Assembly (NCBI GenBank): GCA_024137785.1 | Contig: JAHRHZ010000013.1 | Span: forward strand, 18,701,010 to 18,765,009 | DNA: 64,000 nucleotides | Origin: Ginglymostoma cirratum | Taxonomy: Eukaryota | Reading direction: 5' to 3' | Part shown: positions 12,401-24,930 of the stretch, piece by piece | Position numbering within the stretch: position 1 is the first letter of the stretch | Layout: every line of letters begins with the position of its first letter | Translations under genes and position numbers: made by a program | Notes under the pieces: model-generated | The model's input: the letters and a program-made list of their open reading frames with translations, nothing else | Told to the model about the DNA's origin: nothing | The model's database searches: none

Positions 12401-14029
12401 ATGTAATTATAAAGCATGGAAATTCATCTTCAACTCTTAACATTTTTGGTGGTCTAACTAATTTAAATAAACACCCACTATTAATAACCTTTTATGACAA
12501 ACTGACTGTTGAGCTCTGAAAGGGCCCAGTACAGTGTCACCATCCTGAACCATGCCTACACTGGGAATACAGAATGGGCCAATACTGAGTAAAACACTAG
12601 AACACTCCAAATACTTACATTCCAGAGCTGCATGGGGCAGACAGACTGGCTTCTGACCAGTTGGTAAAGAGATTCACTGCACCAAGTCTGTCAGCCAATG
12701 TACTGCAATGAAATGTTGATGTATATTTGTGTTACGTTACACAATTGGACAATTACATTGACATTTTTAGATGGTCTGAAATTTCACCTGAGTTCTTTCC
12801 TTATGTTTGTCATGACCGTGTGGTGAGGATTATGAAAGGTCAAACTAATCCATTGTGGCTGGTGTGTTCACTTGCCATAGAAGAATATTCCCCAGCTTTT
12901 GATTGAGCTTCAGAGGAAGAGAGGTGTTACATCCTGCCGGGCATCAGTAACAGTGAGCAGGTTGAATTCCACAGCTTGTGAAACGCTGTCCTACATTGAT
13001 GGCTCATTTTTCTCCTGCTTCAGGGCCAAATGAGCAGGCTGAAGTGGTTTCAAAGTTACAGATGTACAGGAACCAACTGTGAAGACGTGAATTTTTTTTT
13101 TAAGAAGTGACTTTAGACTCTCAGGATTTTTACATTAAGTTGTGCCAAAGAAAATTGAATCAACAATTAAAGCATTTACATCAAACAGAGGCACAATAAT
13201 AAATTAATGTTCATATTTTCCCCAAGTAACTGCAGATATCACTCATCAGAATTTCAAGAGTCAAAAGGGCTGATGTTGTTTCCACCATCCAGAATGTAGG
13301 GCAGTTTGCCAATGTTGGTTCTGACTCATGTCAACCCTTTGCATTTTGAAGAATTCTACCTTTTTCACAGTGACAGAAGAACAGGTGGGCCCAGTGGAAA
13401 CAGAGTCCTCAATGATTCCATGTACCGCAGTGCTTGGAAAGTGCTCCACACCAAATTTAATGTGATGTCAGCATCATTCATTGTCAAAACAAAATACATA
13501 TTGAGAGATTCAGGCAGTAAAGAATAAAAGAATACCTCAGATAAATGCAATTTTTTTTAAAAGGAGTGTAAATTTCAAAATTGATAGGTATGAGTGAGGT
13601 TCCCATGTTAACACTTTAAATTTGTTCAAACAGCAACAGATCTAATTTGCCACTTTGATCTAGCTACAAAGAGAAACTCAGAGGTGGATAAGGATTGACT
13701 GAAAGAGGTTCAGCATAAAATATTAATTAGGGGAATAATATCGAACCGGGGAAACATATGCAGTGGCATATTCCATCAATCAGTGCACAGGCCCCTTTAA
13801 GTCTTGATCTCTACAAACTTAAACTAAAAAGGACATAGTAAACTGGTCAAATTTGCTTCATAGGTAATATTAAACTGGAAAGAGGAAGAGCAACAGATCC
13901 TGAATTAAGGATCTCGAAAGAACGTATTAAGCAATTGTAAATAGCAAGAATGATGATAGACAAAACTCTCCTGCTGGATAGTGCCTACGCAAAAGAAATC
14001 TGGAGAAAGATACAGAAGTTTTTGTTGAG

Positions 14030-14535
14030 GTTCATCTGTGACACAGGACTCTGTGCTCTACGGTCTGTTCCTGGGACATACACCAAGACAAACACTGACT
14101 GCATCTGGAGGACCATCAACTCAATGAAAGACACTGTTTGGTCTGCCTGAACCTTGTTGGTCTACCAGCGCAAAGAGCTGACCTTGAACAAGTGCTGCAG
14201 ACTGGCACATTCCAAAGTACAGGACTGTGTGCTGGGGGACGTGCTAAAGCTTAGGGCAGCTGCAGCCAATGCACAGTGGGGAAAGACCACTGTTTGAGGT
14301 CTTCCTGCCAAAGGTAAATGGGGGTCCGGTCAGTTATCAGACCCTTCCGCTGCCTCAAAATGAACATAGCTTCCTGCATAAATAGGAAACGTGTTTGTTT
14401 TTTGCAACTGTAGAGAAGCTCTGAAAAATGCCAAAATTCCAAGTTTTCTCGTTTTTTTCCTATCTGAAAAGACTGTACAGAACTAATTTTGAATCTTTGT
14501 AAGTTCTTATGGGTAATTTTTATGAATAAAGTAAA
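14030..14535 (+). mobile_element. Tx1/L1-group LINE 3' end
   Basis: PGTYTKTNTDCIWRTINSMKDTVWSA...CCRLAHSKVQD.VL.D.LKL.AAAANAQWGKTTV*, followed by a 3'UTR ending ATGAATAAAGTA. Confidence 0.75.
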
Positions 14536-14599
14536 TGTCCAAAATTTTTTTAAAAAATCACAACCAGAGCTCCACGCCCAAGCCACTATCCTTGAAATT

Positions 14600-16020
14600 A
14601 CCACTGGCCAAGTATAATGTGGGTAAATGTGAAGCTATCCACCTTGGGAATAAAAAACGGGGAGGCAGGTTACAATCTGAATGGCAATGGATTGGGAAAG
14701 GGGGGGGAGGTGTAATGAGACCTGGGTCCCCTTGTACACCTGTTGTTGAAAGTACACATGCAGGGTGAGCAGGCGGTGGATGTGGCAAATAATACACTGG
14801 CCTCCATAGTGAGAGGATTCACATACGGAAGCAGGGATGTCTTGCTGTAATGGTACAGGGCCTTGGTAAGGCCACACCTGGAGTATTGCGGTGGTTTTAG
14901 TCTCCTTATCTGAGGAAGGATATTCTGGCTTTGCAGTGATATCGACAAAGGCTTGCCAGGTTGATACTTGGGATGGCAGAATGATGTATGATGAGACACT
15001 GAGGTAACAAGCATGGGGCTGGATGAACACAGCAGGTCAAGCAGCATCATAGGAGCAGGAAAACTTGACGTTTCGGGCCTAAACCCTTCATCAGAAATGG
15101 GGGAGGGGAAGAGGGTTCTGAAATAAATAGGGAGAGAGGGGGAGGCGGATAGAGGATGGATAGAGGAGAGGATAGGTGGAGAGGAGGCAGACAAGTCGAA
15201 GAGGCGGGGATGGAGCCAGTAAAGGTGAGTGTAGGTAGGGGGGTAGGGAGGAGATAGGTCAGTCCAGGGAGGACGGACAGGGCAAGGGGGCGGGATGATG
15301 TCAGTAGATAGGAGATGGGGGTGTGGCTTGGGGTGAGAGGAAAAGCCAGTTAGGGAGGTGGAGATGAGCTGGGCTGGTTTTGGGATGCGGTTGGGGGAGG
15401 GGAGATTTTGAAGCTTGTGAAATCCACATTGATGCCATTGGGCTGCAGGGTTCCCAGGCTGAATATGATTTGCTGTTCCTGCAGCCTTCGGGTGGCATCA
15501 CTGTGGCATTGTAGGAGGCCAAGGATGGACATGTCATCTGAGGAATGGGAGGGGGAGTTGAAATGGTTCGCGACTGGGAGGTGCAGTTGTCTATGATGAG
15601 ACACTGCATTGGTTAGGACTATATTCACTGGAATTTTAAAAAAAAAGGGAGGTTCTCAGAATCCTATAAAATTCTAACAGGACTAGACAGTGTAAACACA
15701 GGAAGGATGTTCCCGACGACAGGGATCACAGTTTAAGGATACGGGGTAGGCCATCTGGAACTGCAGTTGGGGGAAATTTCTTCATCCAGAGAGTGAGCCT
15801 ATGGAATTCTGTGTGACAGAAAGTGGTGAAGGCCAAAACATTGAATGTTTTCAGGAAGGATTTAGATATAGTTCTTAGGGCTAAAGGCATCAAAGGGTCT
15901 GGGGAGAACCCTGGACCAGAATATTGAGTTAGATGGTCAGCCATTATCATATTGAATGGTGGAGTAGGCTTGAAAGGCCGAATGGCCTACTCCTGCTCCT
16001 ATTTTTGATGTTTCTATGAC
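14600..16020 (+). mobile_element. CR1 LINE 3' fragment with a nested Penelope insertion
   Basis: YNVGKCEAIHLG, ALVRPHLEY; the reading YDETL|HWLGLYSLEF continues across the insert; CR1 3'UTR. Confidence 0.9.
15002..15591 (-). mobile_element. 5'-truncated Penelope-like element (GIY-YIG endonuclease C-terminus plus terminal repeat)
   Basis: HLPVANHFNSPSHSSDDMSILGLLQCHSDATRRLQEQQIIFSLGTLQPNGINVDF; flanked by the 15-bp direct repeat TATGATGAGACACTG. Confidence 0.9.
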
Positions 16021-16029
16021 TAAACGTTG

Positions 16030-16575
16030 AACTGTACTAGCCATATAAATACAGCCAATACAAGAGCAGGTCGGGGCTAGGAATATTGCAGAGAGTAACT
16101 CACCTCCTGACTCCCCAAAGCCTGTCCACCTTCTACAAGGCACAAGTCAGGAATATGATGGAATACTCCCCACTTGCCTGGATGGGTGCAGCCCCAACAA
16201 CATTCAAGAAGCTTGACACCATCCAGGACAAAGCAGCCTGCTTGATTGGCACCACATCCACAAACATTCATTCCCTCCGCCACTGACGCTTAGTAACAGC
16301 AGTGTGTACATCTACAAGATGCACTACAGAAATTCACCGAAGTCACCTTCCAAAAGTGCTTCCATCTAGAAGGACAAGGATAGCAGATACATGGGAACAC
16401 CACCGCTACAAGTTCCCCTCCAAGCTGCTCACCATTCTGACTTGGAAATGTATCACTGTTCCTTCATTATTGCTGGATCAAAATCCTGGAACTTCTTCCC
16501 TAACAGCACTGCAGTATTACAAGAAAGCAGTTCACCTTCACCTTCTCAGGATCAATAGGGATGGGCAATAAATGC
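16030..16575 (+). mobile_element. Non-LTR retrotransposon 3' fragment (RT C-terminus, clade uncertain)
   Basis: LQRVTHLLTPQSLSTFYKAQVRNMMEYSPLAWMGAAPTTFKKLDTIQDKAACLI; tail AGGGATGGGCAATAAATGC. Confidence 0.85.
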
Positions 16576-18880
16576 CTTCAACCAACAAAATGCAGAACTA
16601 AATAAGATGACACCAGTAGAAAAGGCTGTCCTCACAGTTCCACTGCCAGCACTAAACATCTTTCCCCTCCAACTGCAAGGCCCGCTTGCTGGGACCCAGC
16701 AAGATGGCTGGCTCCTGCAGAAAGAAAACAAATCCCTGCTACCCCATCATCAAACTGAAGATGGTCTTGTGTTCTTCTTGGCGTCTCAGTGGATGCTTCC
16801 TCTGTCAGTGAGGCACTGTCAAAGCTGCAGGCCAAGTAGCCTTCTGATTGGGCCGGCAAAGTGGAAGGCCTATTCCTGAATTGGCCATCTCTTTACCCAC
16901 CATTTGTTCATGCGATTGGACGGCCTTGAGAATGTTGTCTTTTCACTCCTGCCACTGTCTTTGCACCTGGTACAAGGACAGCATCTTTGCTCGCAAAATC
17001 TCATCCCAGAAATCTCAAACCGTTCGGCCGAAGTCAGGTACTTTGATGGAACTACATCTTGATTCTCGATTCAATACCAGTCACCAAGGCACAAAGAAAC
17101 AGCTGACCCTGGAAGTGGAGCCGAGAAAGGCTACGATTGGTGAGTACTAGTGCTGAAGAAATGAAGAATAATTGGGAAAAAACTGAACTTTCCACCTTCT
17201 CATTTAAAGAGTGAGAAGAGGACCTTGTCAAAGTACATAAGTTACTCAGTGTCGGTGAAAATGCTCATCCTGATGATTGTTTCCAAGTTGAAAGCATGAT
17301 TGCATACAATTAAACAATGTAACAAATTGATAAAATAAAATCTGAGGTTCGAGAGAGAAGTAACCAATAACTGGAATAGTTATTCTGCAAAGATAGCTGA
17401 GAAAAATGTCGCACTCATTCAAGGAGCAATCAGACCGAGGTGGATGTTGTATATTTCGAGGGAAAAAAAACCTGGAAGGTCCAAAAGTCATCAGTCATTT
17501 GTGCTTCTCTTTGTAAACTTTATGACTTAATAAAAGGAAATCCAATCTCCACAAACAGGAAACCTGGGCAGTTTTCTTGAAGATTCTGTTATTTTTATTA
17601 TCTACTAATGAAACCTGAATATAGTGATGTTTAAACAAAGAATCAGACTCACTATTTAAATTCCGCGTCCAAGTGCAATCAATCACGCTTTCACATTTTC
17701 CAGGAGATTGAAATAGTGTAACCCTGGCTCCCATGAAAGTTTTAAATCCTGAAAACATCCCTCTGACTGGTTACCATAAAATGAATAACCACAGCCATTT
17801 CTGAAAGTGAGTTTCACGAATGAAATGAAATTATTATAAGATATTATAAACCGGCTGCCCTGACTTTGCAAATCGAATTAAGCAATCGCCCAAGACTGGT
17901 CAGCTATATTTAATGATTTTTTTTTTTGAAAAACATGGGCATCCTAAAAGAACCCAAAAGGCAGGCATTAATTCAAACGAAATGCACTAGTAAACACTTG
18001 GTAGGTTGAAATGACAAGGTCACAGAGGAGAACAGTATCTTCACTACATACCCCTTGCTACCCATTTCAGCATTTTTAAAAGTTTGTGTGTTGGCCAATG
18101 GATTAAATGGTGGCCATCAGTAATTGACATGAACTGATGTGTTCGAGTAATGGGAGCTAATGAGGGCAGGATGTAGGAAGTAAGTTTTCTGTGATGCTCA
18201 TGTAGTGTGCAGTTCGAAAGGATAGCAAGTCGGGATTTGTTGAAGTTTAGTCTAAAAGTAGCACAGAAGTAAATGAGCATTTGAGTGGCTGTCAGGGCAC
18301 TATGTGTATGGAGGCAGGCAGTATGCTGTTGGTGATCATGGTGATAGTGGGGCATGATTTAAAGCAAAACTCATTGTCAAAAAGAACACCAAGGTTCTGT
18401 GTTATCGAGCTTAAGTTGAGAAAACAGGAACGAGGGAATGTAATGAGTGGCTATGGTCTGAAGGCTTCAACAGGAGAAGAATCGGATGCTTTTGATTTCC
18501 TATAGTTTGAAAGGTACTGATGTATCTGTGATGTCCATCAGACAAACAGCTGAAGAGGCAGTTATGGGTGGTGGGAGGTTACTCTACATCAATGGGCAAT
18601 ATCACTGAGCATGTGGATGAAGAGTAAAGGACTCCTGGTGTACTCCTGAAGCTAACATGAGGAAGAGGAGACGTACTGATTATGTTCAGACAGTTGTAAG
18701 TAATTAATATCAGTCAGTTAGTTCTGGACCAGCTAAATTTAAGACATAAATATCTTCAAACAAGTACTAATGTTCACGGGCTGGGCTCCTGTCACACGAC
18801 CAGCCCCTATTGGCAGCAACAGCAGCTTGTAATGTGTGTGCCTGGAATGCCTATATGTTAGCACAAAGTTTTTTTTTTCC

Positions 18881-19222
18881 TTTATTCATTCACAGGATGA
18901 GGGTGTCGCTGACTAGGCAGCATTTATTGCCCGTCCCTAATTGCCCAGAGGGCAGTTCAGAGTCAACCACGTTGCTGTGGGTCTGGAGTCACATGTAGGC
19001 CAAACCAGGTAAGGATGGCAGTTTCCTTCCCTAACGGACATTTGTGAACCAGATGGGTTTTCCCGACAATCGACAATGGATTCATGGTAATCATTAGATT
19101 GTTAATTCCAGGTATTTATTGAATTCAAATTCCACCATCTGCCGTGGAGGTATTCGAACACAGGTCCCCAGAACATTATCTGGGTGTCTGGATTAACAGT
19201 CCAGCAATAACACCACTAGGCC
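18881..19222 (-). mobile_element. tRNA-derived SINE with a LINE-derived 3' tail
   Basis: Minus strand A-box GGCCTAGTGG, B-box GTTCGAATAC, tail GGGCAATTAGGGACGGGCAATAAATGC. Confidence 0.85.
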
Positions 19223-19229
19223 TAGAACA

Positions 19230-19368
19230 GAGTTCTGAGGAAGGGTCACCGGACCCAAAATGTTAACTCTGTTTTTTCCTACACAGATGTTGCCAGACCT
19301 GCTGAGCTGTTCCAGTAACTTTGTTTTTGTTCCTGATTTACAGCATCCGCAGTTCTTTCGGTTTTTGT
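19230..19368 (+). mobile_element. Penelope-type terminal fragment (second subfamily)
   Basis: TTCTGAGGAAGGGTCACCGGACCCAAAATGTTAACTCTG...CAGATGTTGCCAGACCTGCTGAGC; related copies at ~530-630, ~45080-45200 and ~56840-56905 (-). Confidence 0.65.
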
Positions 19369-19371
19369 TTA

Positions 19372-19598
19372 ATATTCTGGGACGTGGGCGTGAATCCCAT
19401 CATGGCAGCTGGTGAAATTTGAACTGAATAAAAAAAGTTAGCCCAGTGGTGTCTATGATTGCTCTTTAAAAAAGAAAGTCTGCCAATCCTGCCCCGTCTG
19501 GCCTACTTGTGACTCCAGGCTGCCCTCTGGGCAATTAGGGATGGGCAATGAATGCTGGCCTAGCCAGAGACACCCACATCCCAGCGAACAAATGAAAA
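19372..19598 (+). mobile_element. Internally deleted copy of the same tRNA-SINE, opposite orientation
   Basis: ATGGCAGCTGGTGAAATTTGAA...GGCCTACTTGTGACTCCAG...CTGCCCTCTGGGCAATTAGGGATGGGCAATGAATGCTGGCC. Confidence 0.8.
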
Positions 19599-19646
19599 AC
19601 TCCGAAGTACAAAACAATTCCTCTTCACAGCATGAGGCAGCCTTAC

Positions 19647-19795
19647 CTTGCAGCCTTCACAGGCACTGACTCCATAGTGATAGCCCGATGACTTGTCCTG
19701 ACACACAAAACAAGGTTTGTATACCCGTGGAGGTGGAATTGGAGACGGTGGACTTGGAACAATCTCTTCAGAACTGGTACTCTGTGTTTCAATTG
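19647..19795 (-). CDS. RARB: RARB common exon: proline-rich B region and first C4 zinc finger of the DNA-binding domain
   Basis: Acceptor ttttttcag|CA, donor AAG|GTAAGG, 149 nt. Joins the upstream exon in phase (T|CA = Ser) and reads [49 protein letters not shown], including the P-box start EGCK. Confidence 0.98.
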
Positions 19796-20994
19796 CTGAA
19801 AAACAAAACAAGTTATGCGTTCACTTATTTTTAAAAAGTAACATTAATACTGATAGAGAAAACACTGCAGAAGAGAATCACATAAACCGACTTTTTCAGA
19901 ATCCTCTCTCCCATCAATGTGCTAACAACCCCACAGCAAGAGTAGAAAAATTGGATGACCAGAATAAAAGAAGGAGTAAAGAGACAGAACACTATTTCTT
20001 CTCAAACACGATGATTCTATAACTGTGACTCTATGACTACCATGGATGGTGACCTAACCTCAAGTGCCATTACCCCTCAGACCACTGCCAATAAAATACA
20101 ACTTTAATACGTCATCCACACACATACAGCGTTTCTGCCAGTATTTAGTATTGCAAGAATTGTGAACACAACGCAGATTGAAAATTTTGGCATGAAAATA
20201 TGAGCGGAGGAGATTAGCTGTGTCCCACTCCTTTCTCAGGAATGTTTTCTTTCATAAAGCAATGAAAATATTTGGTGAGGAAACCAAATACACTTGGACA
20301 AAAATAATAATGATAGTTGAGTGAACAATTACCATAGATATAAATGCTATTTAATCATTACTTTGTTTTTCGTTGAAGAGCTGACATTTGCAGATACAAT
20401 CAGTCAACTGGATTCCTTCTGGGCTTTAAATTCCAGGAATCTATGGGGTTGATAATCAAAATTCATAGGATTCCTCTGTGACTGAGCCAACATATTTTCC
20501 AGTAAGCAGATGTCACCAGTGCGCAACTGTTCACAGTCCCACAAAAATTGACAGGATCAATCAGAATCAATGGCTGATGTGGAATATTCAACAGTTCACA
20601 CAGATGCAGTGGATGTTGGCCTTAGAGCACATTGGTGGGGCAAAGTGTGGGAAGCTTTATTCATTTCTATCATGCCAGATCTGAGTGAGGTTGAATTTCT
20701 CTGTGTTGGCTGTCAAACTAGAATAATACTGTTGTGTCCAGTACTATTACCTTTCACTTTAAACAACAATATTTTATCAATGGAATTGAATAAATGCTGA
20801 GGGTGGAATTTTCCTGTTGCCAGTGTGGCAAGATGAATGGCAAGCCAGGGTGAAGGATTCACAATGTCGAAAAACTCACCCAGTTAATATCTTCAAGTGT
20901 CCATTAGATGGGGAGTTCAGAATCTTGCCATCAAGTGGCAGCAAGTTCATTTTGATGCGTTTGGACCTCATGAAAAGCTGAAACTCACTATATT

Positions 20995-21755
20995 ACATAA
21001 GAACATAAGAACTAGGAGCAGGAGTAGGCCATCCAGCCCCTCTAGCCTGCCCCGCCATTTAATAAGATCATGGCTGATCTTTGAGACTCAGCTCCACTTA
21101 CCCGCCCGCTCACCATAACCATTAATTCCTTTACTGTTCAAAAATTTATCTAGCCTTGCATTAAAAATATTCAGCGAGGTAACTTCAACCGCTTCACTGG
21201 GCAGGGAATTCCACAGATTCACAACCCCTTGGGTGAAGAAGTTCCTCCTGACTTCAGTCCTACATCTGCTTCCCTTTATTTTGAGGCTGTGCCCCCTAGT
21301 CCTAGTTTCACCTGCTAGGGGAAATAATCTCCCTGCCTCCACCTTATCTATTCCCTTCATAATTTTATGTTTCTATAAGATCTCCCCTCATTCTTCGGAA
21401 TTCCAATGAGTATAATCCCAGTCTACTCAGTCTCTCCTCATAATCCAACCCTCTCAACTCTGGAATCAACCGAGTGAAGCTCCTCTGCGCCTCCTCCAGT
21501 GCTAGTATATCTCTTCTCAAGTAAGGAGACCAAAACTGCACACAGTACTCCAGGTGTGGCCTCACCAGGACCCTATACAGCTGCAGCATAGCCTCCCTGT
21601 TTTTAAACTCCATCCCTCGAGCAATGGCAGGCAAAATTCCTTTTGCCTTTTTAATCACCCGCTGTACCCGCAATCCCACCTTCAGCGATTCGTGCACAAG
21701 GACACCCAAGTCCCTCTGCACAGCAGCGTGCTGCAATTTTTTACCATTTAAAACA
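20995..21755 (-). mobile_element. CR1 LINE 3' fragment, relatively young
   Basis: ORFs 21365-21796 and 21088-21360 read QRDLGVLVH...LYRVLVRPHLEYCVQFWSPYLR...LGLYSLEFRRMRGDLIET...RTRGHSLK...RRNFFTQ.VVNLWNSLP; tail (TCTTATGT)2. Confidence 0.95.
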
Positions 21756-23989
21756 TAGGCCATTAACACTGTACTTTTAGTCTGCCTCTCCTCCACGCAG
21801 GAGCGCGATGATGCTAAAGCTCAAAACGTAGCTGGTGATTTGTCTTCATCGACACTGTCCATTGCAGTCACGGGCTAGCTATCCTAGCCATCCAACTTCT
21901 TTTTACACGCTCCCACTTTGACTGCACAAGGTCCCTGCAAGGTCCTAAGCCATTGTCTTCCTTGACCCTTCATCCACACAACTTGGGACCAGCTTCACAA
22001 CCTCAACAAGCCTGCTCTCCGAGACCAACTCAGCCAACATTTCAGAGTTTCAACAATTTACCCTGGAGCTCAGTGAAAACTAGGAGTTGCCTGCTTCAGC
22101 CAGGTTGCTTTGCACTCAGAATCAGGGAAACATCGCGTGTGTTATACAGGACCTTTTTGCACTGACACAGAGCCAGGCATTTTATGGGTCTGAGCTCACC
22201 TTGTAGTATAGGAGATCTTTAGTGTTTACATACAGGCTTTCAGGCACTGTCACTTACATTGTTCTTTAGCGCACAAGGTCTTTAGAACTGAGTTATAAGC
22301 GGGGACCTATATGGTTTAGCTTGCTGTTTAGCACAGAAAGAGGCAAACATCTTGCAGCACAGGGGTGCACTGAAGAGTAAATATTTCAGTCAGACAGGGG
22401 ATGGACATGTCACTGTCCTGCACAGCGCTACATCAATAACAGACTTAACAGCATGTGCCAGCAGCTTACATGGCAAATACACTGCACAGTGCCTTTTGGG
22501 TAAGCATAGTTAGTCAAGAAGCACCACAACAGTCAGTCAAGGACCTGATCCCATTATCATCCAGGAGTTTGGCCACAGATAGACATTCAGATGCAAATCC
22601 ATGGACGCAGTGCTATTGCAATCCAGGGACTAGGCCATGGTGGCTCCTTAAGGTCAAGTTCAAGCAGCCTGGAAATTACACACAGGTCAATCAGGTTGCT
22701 GCTCAGAGATCAGTCCAGGGTCAGTTGGAGCTGCACTGCTCCGGGGAGTCACTCCGGGGAGATGGTGGGACATGGTTAGTCATAACCGGCAATGGGAGCT
22801 CTCGGACTGAGGGTTCAAGCACGTCATGGTTACTCTTGCATCTGTCTGAGGAGATTGGCCCGGTGAGGCCACAGGAACCTCCTGAATTGTGGGCTTTGGA
22901 GGTAAAGCACGACCGTTAAACATGACATAAAGCAGCTTAACTGAAATGGAGGGAGGCTTCATGGTTATCAGGGGCTCGGGGACAGCAACACACAGAATGG
23001 GGGGATACTGGCGTATCACAGGGAGGAAGCCTGCAAGTTCGAATCTCACTATATCGGATTGCATGTCAACTGTGCAATACCTGCTGCAAGCACACGCAAA
23101 GTGGGAGGAGACAGTTCCTTTTTTCCCCCTTCAGGAGCAAACTTACAAACTTGGTTTTTGAGGCTCTGCTAAGAGCAATTGCAGCGTCTTTGTTGATGAA
23201 ACAATACAGTCCACCTACATTCATCCTCGCCTCATCTGGAAGGCAGTGGCTTGTCAAACTTAGAAGAAAACAAGTTATAGCTACAAGGTATGGTGAGTAT
23301 TACACTGCGTGTGCTCTGCTTCCTTATCATGTGAGATCAACATGTTTCATTTCAACAAGCAACTTATTAATGGCTCTTATGGCACAACAGTAGTGTCCCT
23401 ACCTCGGGTTCAGAAGTATGGGGACATTGCATACAGATTGATTAAAGAAAATATTGATAACAGGGAACTTGAAAGCAGAACCAGAAGTTCCCCTTTGATA
23501 GCGACTTGCCACAGCGAGAACTGGAGAACAATGTGTTACACGTATATCCTTACACAGAAAGTAGTTCCATAGGCTGTGATGGGAGCTTCTTTACGATGGG
23601 GAGGGGTGCATTCAAATGGTGGACTACCAACAGAAGTCTAATCCCAATGGAGTACAGACGCTTTGGATGTCCACAGTGAAACTGGATAAGGTCTCACAGC
23701 TCGGAGCTCAAGCTATGACAATGAGTTCCTTGGGTACACTGTATGACGGTATAACAGTGGTTGTTGAGGATGAGAGTGCTCAGAAGTCCCTTCAAAAACA
23801 GTGGGTGATCTCTCTGAATTTCCCCTCGGAGCCAAAATGTCTCAGGCCGTGTCTGGCTTCATGGGGGCCTATCCAGAAGAAACCAGAGAGGGAGAGAGAA
23901 GCTTCAGCAAGCCCAGCAGCAACAACAACCTCCACTGCTGTGCGTAGCCTCCAGAGGGAGAAACAGCAGAGCAAGATCCATTGATCAGG

Positions 23990-24930
23990 CACAGGTGAAT
24001 GGTGAGGGCCAGACTATATCAGCTTTGTTGAGTTCCTTTCAAGAGACCAAACAACATTGCTGGTGACAATTAAGGGCGCCCCACTGTACCAACCCTTATA
24101 GTGATGCCAGCTCTAGGAGCAGGGACAGGGTGGCATTCCTGTCTCAGTGGCCATCCGGACCACAACTGCCCTTAATCTTCCTGCTGGCAGCTGGAGCAAC
24201 TGGACATCTCTGTGGCATCTCCCGATCCTCCGGTCATCAGTGCATTTTTGCTAGAGGCCACCTCTTCATTTCCTTCCCCCTTGACAACGATGATCGAGCA
24301 GCCCAGGATATTGGGATATGCCACCATTGCTGGAGCCCCTCTGGTGCAGGGGTGATTGCTCCTACGTGACGGAGTACTCAATTGTAACCTGCAACATCTG
24401 TGAACAGGAAAGGATTCAACTCCAAATTATCTGTAACCATGACAGCCATATTTCAGAGGTCTACACCAGATATTCTGGGAGCTGCTGTGATGTGTATGCA
24501 CTGGACCACTCAACAGTCTCTGCCTCCTTACAAGATGCTCAGGGCACATAGGCAGCAAAGGGCTATCCCTCTAAGTAGGGCACCTTTAAGAAACCCAAGG
24601 ATAGGTGCAGAATGAGGGTATGACTCAAGGACCGTGATGGAACAGGCCATCGGTTTCCTGGAGATGAGGTTTTGATAGTGGGTTCACTCCGGTAGGGTCT
24701 CGTTTTATAGCCCAGAAAGCGTGTGCCCTATCAATGTGGTGTGCTGTGCTCCTCACAACTGGAGCAGATTAAAATGGAAATGTCTGGGAAGCAGACACAG
24801 TGGGGGAATTCAACACTATTCTTCTGAGGATGAAGGTGTGACTGGGGATCAGGACATGGACCAGCACAGCAGCCCAAGAAAAGATGACACAGCAATGCAG
24901 GAAGCCTGACAGGCCAGAGACAAACTCATT
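23990..24930 (+). mobile_element. Degenerate PIF/Harbinger DDE transposase (HARBI1-like) pseudogene
   Basis: Frameshifted motifs GATGHLCGIS, VQGV, VNRKGFNS, QIICNH..EVYTRYSGS..D, TVMEQAIGFLEMRF, YSPESVCPINVVCCAPHN. Confidence 0.85.

Noticed and set aside
14670-15194. 174-aa ORF and other ORFs over 100 aa in the track
   Set aside because: These are antisense or off-frame readings of CR1, Penelope and other repeats or low-complexity DNA, with no recognisable domains.
1-19600. Next RARB exon (GFFRRSIQKNM...second zinc finger)
   Set aside because: Not found by eye on the minus strand; it probably lies beyond the left edge of the window.
19560-19811. 83-aa ORF as a stand-alone protein
   Set aside because: It is the 149-nt RARB exon plus intronic read-through on both sides.
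22651-22662. Perfect DR0 AGGTCA-AGTTCA
   Set aside because: Isolated 12-mer in a probably repeat-derived region, with no supporting context.
23990-24930. Domesticated HARBI1-like gene
   Set aside because: Multiple stops, frameshifts and damaged catalytic motifs in both transposase copies indicate dead transposons.
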